Source of the DNA: Octopus vulgaris
Taxonomy: Eukaryota
Reading direction: 5' to 3'
Assembly: GCA_951406725.2 (NCBI GenBank)
Contig: OX597826.1
Span: 67,084,001 to 67,148,000, forward strand
Length of the DNA: 64,000 bases
Position numbers and translations under genes: made by a program. Shown here one piece after another: positions 54,447 to 64,000 of the stretch; position 1 is the stretch's first letter; every line of letters begins with the position of its first letter. A model generated the notes under the pieces. That model was not told the DNA's origin and searched no databases. It was given only the letters and a program-made list of their open reading frames with translations.

Positions 54447-55594
54447 AAACTGAAGGAGATTTCGGTACTATTTCTAGCAGGATGGGTAACCATATAGAGA
54501 TTCCATAACTGAGTCTTCCTAGTTATTCTCTCGTTGATGTCGATAATGGCGCTGCAGTCTCACTCCTGCTGATGCCCTTGGCGTTGTTGTTGTTGGTGTT
54601 ATAACCGTTTATCCCGCTGTTGCTGTTGATACTGTTATTGTTGTTGCTTTTATTGTTGTTAGTCGAAGTGTTGGTGTTGTTACTGTTATTTCATTTGTTG
54701 TCGCTTAGATGCTGCTGCTGCTGGTGCTGTGGTGTGGCTGATGTTTTCTTTCCTTGTTTTATTTTTGCTAGAAAAATTGTTACTACTGCTGTTGGTATGT
54801 TTTTATTTTTTTTTACAATTCTTTTTGTTGCTGTAGCTGCCAATATTGCAGTCGTTGTGTAGCTGTTATTGTTGTTGTTGCTTTCGTTGTATTTTTTTGT
54901 TGTTGTTTTGTTACTGGAGAATCATATTTTCTGTCGCCAGTGGCAACAGCCCGCTCCCTACCAAGCATCTCTTAAATTGAATTTAAATTTCATAATCCAA
55001 TATACTTTAGATTTCTTTGAAAGGTGATGGAGAAGGGGCGTTGATATACTGCGCATTTCGTGTGTCTATGTGCGCGCGAGTGCATATATTCGCACGTGCG
55101 ACAATGTATATATATATATATATATATGCATGTATGTGTTGTATGTGTGTGTACGTGTGTATCAGTGAGCATGTTAGAATATGCATATATCTTCAAGTAT
55201 GTGTGTCCGTGTTTCCATATCTGTTTCAGCTTTAACTATACATCATGTAATGTATCTGTGTCTGTATCTGCAAATTTTGTATACGTGTATGTGTATACAT
55301 GTAGACGCATATATGCATATACATACATGCTTACAATCATTCATACATGTATATATTTACACACACACACGTGGGTATATGTGTATGCATGGAAACGTTA
55401 TTTCATTTGTAAATATTGTATGTGAATACAAAAACACATTGTATGGGCGTGTATATATATGTATTTATATGTATGAGTACATATACATGCGTATTTATTT
55501 GTACGCATGTATATATATATATATATACATGAATTTATATAAGTATATATATTTATGTTTATATATATAAACATATGTATATATATATGCATGC

Positions 55595-55637
<43 letters not shown>

Positions 55638-55938
55638 CACATATATGTATATGTATATATGTGTATGTACGGATATGCATGTATATGTGTTTGTCCGAAT
55701 CACTGATGGTGGCAGCCTGCTGTGTATATATCCCACATTTGTAGGATGGTATGTGTATGTGTATGAGCACTCTGTGTCCGTATATTTGTGAATATGTAGT
55801 TAAGTAGAAGCTAGTGTACGTGTGTCGAGAATATTAGTTTCTGCTAGTCAACGTTTGTATGTAAAAGTACGTATTTCTTCACGTTGATATTCTCATGTAG
55901 TGTGATCATATGAATGGAGGTTCGAGTTATATTGTATA

Positions 55939-56314
55939 CTAGCAGTATCACCCGGCGTTGCTCGAGTTTGTTTCGACCCTTTAGAATTGGAATTTTGCAT
56001 TATGTAGCTTGTTATTCTCTTTAAGTGAACATTTTCCTGGTTGATATACACCGAAAAATGGCGACACAGCAGTAAAAAAATCGTAAAAAATAGGGGTTTT
56101 CATAGAAAAAAAAGCACCTTTTTGATGTAAATAATTTTTGGCGTTAACATGGTCCGATTTGAATTTTATCTTCTAAGGAATAAAGAGCAAGCCTTCTTCT
56201 ATCATACTCTCAATTTTGGTCAACTTGTGCCGCAGGGTTTCGGAGAAGATAGTGTTAGTTGAAGGCTACCAAACCTGCCATACACAGACAACTTCAGCTT
56301 TATATATAGAGAGA
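55939..56314 (-). mobile_element. Non-autonomous Helitron
   Basis: Minus strand 5' TC..TATATATAAAGCTGAAGTTG, 3' CTCGAGCAACGCCGGGTGATACTGCTAG; ends shared with 25680-26078. Confidence 0.88.
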
Positions 56315-57401
56315 TTTTGGGGTAGAATTTTGCGCTTGAGATCATAGCTTCCCACATTCCTGAGCGTGCGACCCATATCGGCACTGGATATCTAGCCCTG
56401 GCTTCTCTCTAGATTATGTCAGTAGGATGGAGTGGGTCTGTGAGATACTATGCATGACATATTGGTCTTAAAGGTTTATGCTGTGCTATCGCCGGTTAGG
56501 CGACTTTCCGGTGCACAATCGATTTGGAGGGCACTGCCGCAAGTATTAAAGTGCAGACATACATACATACATACATACATACATACATACATACATACAT
56601 ACATGCATACATACATACATACATACATACATACATGCATGCATACATACATACATACATACATATTTACATACATACATACATACATACATGCATACAT
56701 ACATACATACATACATACATACATACATACATACATACATACATGCATACATACATACATACATATACACGCAGGCATACACCCACGCACACATAATTCT
56801 TAATATGTGCAGCATAGAATCGAACGTGAATATGCTAATCGCTGTTGTGTTTTGCACCAAAAGATAACAAATTCTTTTTACAACGAATGTGTATTCATAA
56901 CACACTCGATTGATTCATTAGCTAGAGGGACTCTGGGACTCTGGAATCGCTCATTAAAGGCATCTTGGACTAATGAATCTAAGAAGAATACGAGGCAAAT
57001 CATCGATTTGACCTCGCTATTCCACCGGACATATGATGATTAATTATCTCTTGGTATATATCAGCGAACATCAGAAGATAAGGTTCACTGATCAGTGACC
57101 GTCGTTCATTACTTGTCTCCATATGTACGTCTAGTTACATTCAAACACACCCACCCACGCGCGCATCCGTATTTCCAAATCTATATTAATAATCATGGCT
57201 ACAATAACAACTGATTAGAATTTTGACACCATTCCTTCATTAATATTATTAGTATTTTCTCGATGAGCTGGCGGTATCATTAGTGAGTCGGCCAAAATGC
57301 TTTCACGGTGGACATAGTAGGACATAGTTGAACACTGCGGTCAATGTAATTACGGTACCTCTCCCAAAATTACTGGCCTTATTCCAAAATTTGATATTAT
57401 A

Positions 57402-57463
<62 letters not shown>

Positions 57464-57467
<4 letters not shown>

Positions 57468-57848
57468 TAGTTTTATTTTTTATAGCGTGCTTTCACTTCA
57501 CTACCGAGCGCAGCTCTGTGTGCCTTGGGTATGTGCTGTGATTTGTTGTGATGCTCTGATGGTTATTGTATGGAAAGTGTTCTGCGTAGGATGTGTGCAG
57601 TGCCTAGTAGTGCAATTTTCTGTATGTTATATGTATTTGTAAGTCCTGGTGTTTTTGTTATATATTTGTCTGAATATTTTTTTATTATGCCTAATGCACC
57701 TACTATGATAGGAATTGTTTCTGTTTTTAGATTCCTCATTCTGGTTACCTCCATTTTCAGGTCTTTGTATTTTGAAAGTTTCTCCATTTCTTTTAGAGAC
57801 ACGTTGTCATCTGCCGGTATTGATACATCAATTAGAAAGCATTTTTTC
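57464..57848 (-). mobile_element. R4/Dong LINE 3' end, copy 1
   Basis: IDVSIPADDNVSLKEMEKLSKYKDL..IPIIVGALG..IQKIALLGTAHILRRTL*; 3' end runs into (TAA)n. Confidence 0.93.
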
Positions 57849-57867
57849 CCTTTTTTTAATTTTTTAA

Positions 57868-57933
<66 letters not shown>

Positions 57934-57953
57934 TTATTATAATTATTTTTTTA

Positions 57954-57991
<38 letters not shown>

Positions 57992-57995
<4 letters not shown>

Positions 57996-58700
57996 TAGTT
58001 TTATTTTTATTTTTATAGCGTGCTTTCACTTCACTACCGAGCGCAGCTCTGTGTGCCTTGGGTATGTGCTGTGATTTGTTGTGATGCTCTGATGGTTATT
58101 GTATGGAAAGTGTTCTGCGTAGGATGTGGGCAGTGCCTAGTAGTGCAATTTTCTGTATGTTATATGTGTTTGTAAGTCCTGGTGTTTTTGTTATGTATTT
58201 GTCTGAATATTTTTTTATCATGCCTAATGCACCTACTATGATAGGAATTGTTTCTGTTTTCAGATTCTACATTCTAGTTACCTCTATTTCCAGGTCTTTG
58301 TATTTTGAGAGTTTCTCCATTTCTTTTAGAGACACGTTGTCATCTGCCGGTATTGATACATCAATTAAAAAGCATTTTTTTCTTCATGATCTCTGACAAC
58401 TATATCTGGTCTGTTGGCCTTAATTTCTCTATCTGTGTGTATCGGCATATCCCAGAGTATGGTTGCTTTCTCGTTTTCTGTGACCTTTTCTGGTGTGTGC
58501 CTATACCATCTTTTTTCTGTTGTTATTCCATAATGTTGGCATAGCTTCCAATGTATGTAGGTTCCAACTCTGTCATGTCTGTGAATATATTCCTTCTTAG
58601 CCAGGACTGGGCAGCTAGAGATAATATGATTTATTGTTTCTTGTCCATCTCCACATATTCTGCAGTTACTTGTAATATTTCTTTTCATTACATGTTTTTT
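57992..58700 (-). mobile_element. R4/Dong LINE 3' end, copy 2 (CCHC and RLE domain)
   Basis: CRICGDGQETINHIISSC, RHD, ILWD, RPDIVV, then a frameshift; (TAA)n on both sides. Confidence 0.95.
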
Positions 58701-58739
58701 ATTATTATTATTATTATTATTATTGTTATTATTATTATT

Positions 58740-58947
58740 GCCTTTGCACAGTGTACTACGGTGTCAGCTGTTCACTACCAGTGAACTAAGGTAACACCCC
58801 TTATTTTTTGAGCACCTTCCGGAGTATTTGATCGATTTCCAAGCAGTGCTGTTTTCTGAAGGTCCTCCAACCCTTATTGCAGCCCCTAGTTCTTTCATGT
58901 ACTTCTCAAAATTTTTACACACTGTTCCCAGGGCTCCGACAATTATT
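58740..58947 (-). mobile_element. R4/Dong LINE 3' end, copy 3 (different subfamily)
   Basis: IIVGALGTVCKNFEKYMKELGAAIRV..QKTALLG..ILRKVL; different 3' UTR, ends in (TAA)n. Confidence 0.85.
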
Positions 58948-58951
58948 GCTG

Positions 58952-59005
<54 letters not shown>

Positions 59006-59112
59006 TACTACCACCACCACCACCATCACCACCACCACCACCACCATGAAATATGTACTAGTTGAATATTGGGGTCGAAAGTATTGGCCTTGTGCCAAAA
59101 TTCTGAAACCAT

Positions 59113-59335
59113 TAAAGGCGCTGAGCTAGCACAATCGTTAACACGCTGGATGAAATGTTTAGAGGTATTTCGCCCGGTATTTCTGAATTCAAATTCCACT
59201 GAGGTCGACTTTGCCTTTCATCCTTTCGGGGTCGATAAATTAAATACCAGTGAAAGATTGGAGTTGATGTAATCCCCTTCCTTAAAATTTTAGGTCTTGT
59301 ACCTTTAGTAGAAAGGATTATTATTATTATTATTA

Positions 59336-59397
<62 letters not shown>

Positions 59398-59409
59398 GTT
59401 GTTGTTGTT

Positions 59410-59471
<62 letters not shown>

Positions 59472-61190
59472 CAAGGCGGCGAGCTTGCAGAGTCTTTGCC
59501 ACATCGGACAAAGTTTTTACCCGCATTTCTTCTGGCTTTGTATATTCTAATTTTAAAATCCGCAGAGGTCAATTTTTGCCTTTCATATTTTTTGGGATCG
59601 ATAAATAAAAGTACCAGTTGAACACTGGGTGGGTGGGGGGGGGTCGACATAATCGACCATCCACTCTTCCCCAAAAGAATTTGTTGGCCTTGTCCTAAAA
59701 TTTGAAACAATTAGCATTATCATTACCGAGGTACAAACAAAATAAAAACGTTAATATCTATTTCCGCATTGCTTGAAAAACCGAAGTTAAATAAAGGGTG
59801 AGAGTGAACAGCGTTGAAAGTACTTTTTAGTGCAGTTTCATCTCCGAATAAATCAAAATTAGGAATGTTAGAATTATCGTAATATTGGAATATACATCAG
59901 TAAATAGAGGATGTATGGGATTATAAGACAGAAAATAATGGAATTAAATGTGATGGAGTGGTATATCAAGTACAATATTTGTGAGGGATTTAAACGTTTT
60001 CAACTAAAAAAGACATAAATCTTATTTTAAATAGAATCACGTTCTTAAACTGTTCTAGGCTTTCAACGTAGATGTGATTTAAATGCGAAGCATAATTTGT
60101 TTTATTGAGAATAGAAATTTTATATTGTATTAAAGCGAGTTAGGAAAATTGCCTTGTTGTCGCGGCAGATGAAATGGGCAGGCGACGGGGAGCTAAACGA
60201 ACCGTTCTACCTCACACAGAGGATTTGCACGGAAGTTAATACTTATCTAAATCTAAGGCGGCGAGCTGGCAGAAACGGTAGCACGCCGGGCAAAATGCTT
60301 AGCGGTATTTCGTCTGCCGTTACGTTGTGAGTTCAAATTCCGCCGAGGTCAACTTTGCCTTTCATCCTTTCGAGGTCGATAAATTAAGTACCAGTTACGC
60401 CCTGGGATCGATATAATCGACTTAATCCGTTTGTCCGTCCATGTTCGCCCTCTCTGTGTTTAGCCCCTTGTGGGTAGTAAAGAAATAGGTATTTTGTCTG
60501 TCGCTACGTTCTGAGTTCAAATTCCGCCGAGGTCGACTTTGCCTTTCATCCTTTCGGGGTCGATTAAATAAGTACCAGTTACGCACTGGGGTTGATGTAA
60601 TCGACTTAGTCCCTTTGTCTGTCCTTGTTTGTCCCCTCTATGTTTAGCCCCTTGAGGGCAATAAAGAAATAAGAAACGTTAGCACGCCGGGCGAAATGCT
60701 TAGCGGCTTTTCGTCCGCCTTTGCGTTCTGAGTCCAAATTCCACTGAGATCGATTTTGCTTTTTTTTCCAATGTCTAGGTCAATAAAATAAGCACCAGTT
60801 GCGTACTGGGGTTGATGTAATATACAAAACAAAACCTACCCGGATTTGCTGAACTCGGGCCAAAATTTGAAACCAATGTACAGATGTTCATATCTATCCA
60901 AATCTAAGGTAGCAGAATCGTTAGCGCGCCGGACAAAATGCTTAGCGGTATTTCGTCCGTCTTTACGTTCTGAGTTCAATTTCTACCCATGTTGAATTTA
61001 CCATTCATTCATTTTCTGGGTCGATAAATTAAATCACAGTTGAGCACTGGCATCGATGTAATCGACTTAACTCCTATCCAGTATTATTATTGTTGTTGTT
61101 GTTGAGGCGGCGAGCTTGCAGAGACTTTACAACATTGGACAAAGTGCTTAGCGGCATTTCTTCTGGCTATGTATATTCTCATTTTAAAAG
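59113..61190 (+). mobile_element. Cluster of SINE family B copies (59113-59316, 59473-59710, trimer 60256-60875, 60906-61075, 61105-61190)
   Basis: Repeated AAGGCGGCGAGCT head and GCCTTTCATCC core. Confidence 0.9.
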
Positions 61191-61934
61191 TATGAAATCG
61201 ATATCTGATTGAGTTTCAGTAACGACGAGGTGGTTCCGGGAAACAGGGGTACAGGGCTGTCTTATTGCTGCAGGTTCGAAGAAAAATCTAATACAGAGCA
61301 GTTGGTGGGTTGTCAACTTGCGATTCCGCTCCTGTCAAGTGAACAAATCTGAACCCGAGATCGATTCTGTTGGGGAGCTCCCGGTGAAATATCAGCACAG
61401 ATTAGCAACTCGCTGTCACGAAACTATAAGATAAATGCCGTGCGATCTCCTGTTGTCATTCGATCTAACACCGCTGGTTTCAGTTGCTATTCACACACAT
61501 ATTACCAATAAACTTACAAACGTTAGAGGTCAATGTAAACTGGATACAGGAATTTGCATATTCAACAGTGTGTTCGCAGTGAGATCGCACACGTATTGTT
61601 CAAATGAATTGCTTACAATCGCCATAACACACAGCGCTGGATAACAAAAGATAAAATCAAAGGATGAAATATGTTCAATAGTATATTATTGCAAAAATAT
61701 TTCAAACATTTAATACATTGGTAATTTAATGTTTATCGCACTGCCACGAAAGCGAAATATGGTTATTGGTCTAGACGGTTTACTTTAACCTCTAAAGTTA
61801 ATGTATTTTGTATGCAATGGTTTTGTCGAGAGGTAAATGTGACACGTAGTGGGTCACAAAGACGACAAAGGAAAAGTCGAAACGTGCGTACAGTTCTTGC
61901 TTTTTTCTAGTCCGTACCCGTAAAATATATGACT

Positions 61935-62538
61935 TTTTTTTTACTACCTACAAGGGGCTAAACACAGAAGGGATAAACAAGGAGTGACAAACGGAGTAAG
62001 TCTATTACATCGACCCCAGTGCGTAACTGGTACTTAATTTATCGACCTCGAAAGGATGACAGGCAAAGTCAACCTCGGCGGAATTTGAACTCAGAACGTA
62101 GCGGCAGACGAAATACCTATTTCTTTACTACCCACAAGGGGCTAAACACAGAGAGGACAAACAAGGAGTGACAAACGGAGTAAGTCGATTACATCGAACC
62201 CAGTGCGTAAATGGTACTTAATTTATCGACCCCGAAAGGATGAAACGCAAAGTCGACCTCAGCGGAATTTGAACTCAGGATGCAAAGACAGACGATATAC
62301 CTATTTCTATTTCTTTACTACTCACAAGGGGCTAAACACAGAGTGAACAAACAAGGACAGACACGCTGATTAAGTCGATTACATCGACCTCAGCACGTAA
62401 CTGGTACGTATTTAATCGACCCCGAAAGGTTGAAAGGCAAAGTCAACCTCGGCGTAATTTCAACTTAGAACGTAGCGGCAGACGAAATACGCCTACGCAT
62501 TTCGCCCGGCGTGCTAACGTTTCTGCCAGCTCACCGCC
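61935..62538 (-). mobile_element. SINE family B trimer
   Basis: Three units with GGTAT junctions. Confidence 0.93.
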
Positions 62539-62567
62539 ACACACACACACACACACACACATACATA

Positions 62568-62657
<90 letters not shown>

Positions 62658-63128
62658 CGCCAATATATATATTGGCGCAAAACAAAACCAGTTGCACAGT
62701 CAGAGTTTAACGTGACATTTATGGATTATGACCCGGTAGGCCACAGTGACGAGGCTCAGGGTTTAAATACTCAGAAGCCGACTCCTGGTTTGTGGATATC
62801 CTTAATTGCTGTTAAGTACTGTTAAATGTTTTAATCCTTTCTGTTATCCTCGCATACTGTTTTCCTCTGTTATCTTGGTGCGGTACGGTGGACAAATTTA
62901 AGACTTTGGCTCTTATTTCTAGTAGGTGGATGCTTGTTTAAGCATCCTAACACTTCGTACAAATTTATAATTCATAGCTATTTAATGCTATGGCGCCTGC
63001 GATCCACCTATGTCACTGCTGGTGATATCATCAATTTAAAAATTTATCCACAGATGATATGACCAGTAGTGACATCGGATTTCAAATCTTAGTGTTTGAA
63101 TGTTTTGTTTTTATATATATATATAGAG

Positions 63129-63222
<94 letters not shown>

Positions 63223-63231
63223 TAGATAGAC

Positions 63232-63267
<36 letters not shown>

Positions 63268-63282
63268 GTAGATAGATAGATG

Positions 63283-63356
<74 letters not shown>

Positions 63357-63695
63357 TAGATATATATATAGATAGATAAAACTTACTTGGAAAAGGATGC
63401 GTGGCGTTCGATCATATAATAATATAAATAATATATAAATATATGTATATATACATATATATATGTACATACCTACATATATATGTATATATACATGCAT
63501 ATATGGGTACAGGACATAAAAAAAAACGTTGAACATCATGAGAAACGAAAACATAAAAACAAAAACATAGAGAACGAACTTTTTTTCGAACAATGAAGAA
63601 AACAAACAGAGAAACGAAACATGCAACATAAAGAACATTCCCCTTCTTCAGTTGTCCCTGTTTCAACTACTCCACGTTTGGAAGGCAAGGAGTAA

Positions 63696-63788
63696 TCCTG
63701 CGACGGACTGGCGTCCTATTCAGGTGAAAAATATATATTCACTACAGAATCCGAGAAACCTATCCATGGTCCAAGAAGTGCCTTTGAT

Positions 63789-63790
<2 letters not shown>
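63696..63790 (+). mobile_element. SINE family D tail fragment
   Basis: CCTGCGACGGACTGGCGTCC resembles 10093-10120. Confidence 0.55.
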
Positions 63791-63820
<30 letters not shown>

Positions 63821-64000
63821 AGTGTGTGTAATTTTAGAGAGAGAGAGACAGGGAGAGGGGTTACTGTAGTGTCTATCTGATGCGAATTGCAATGAAACGA
63901 GGGGGAACAATCCTCAAAGTGTGGAATATCATTTATTAAAATGTAATTTTGAATGAGATGATACTCAGAGTTTCAGGTTTCGAATCCTCATGTTACAGTT

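Overview
AT-rich, microsatellite-saturated eukaryotic DNA, intronic or intergenic. The repeat families (tRNA-headed SINEs with CORE-like and Meta/MESC-like central domains, R4/Dong LINEs, Penelope fragments) point to an octopus or other coleoid cephalopod; this is an inference from recognised repeat sequences. I can support no intact host gene, RNA gene or CRISPR array, and most ORF-track entries are translated microsatellites. The window is mostly old mobile DNA: about 35 SINE copies or fragments of four families, five R4/Dong-type LINE remnants, an L2/CR1-group LINE, three Tc1/mariner remnants plus MITE-like fragments, two non-autonomous Helitrons and Penelope-like pieces. Best observations: (1) a Penelope GIY-YIG element split by an inversion and carrying a type I hammerhead ribozyme fold; (2) a family of short hammerhead-like repeats, one pair as a near-perfect inverted duplication; (3) a SINE that transposes as mono-, di- and trimers, with several TSDs starting with its own array-junction bases; (4) three Dong 3' ends stacked in (TAA)n; (5) repeated fold-back palindromes centred on (TA)n; (6) an unidentified GC-rich insert headed by three ~104-bp hairpin monomers. 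Coordinates were read by eye; ends of degenerate elements are approximate.
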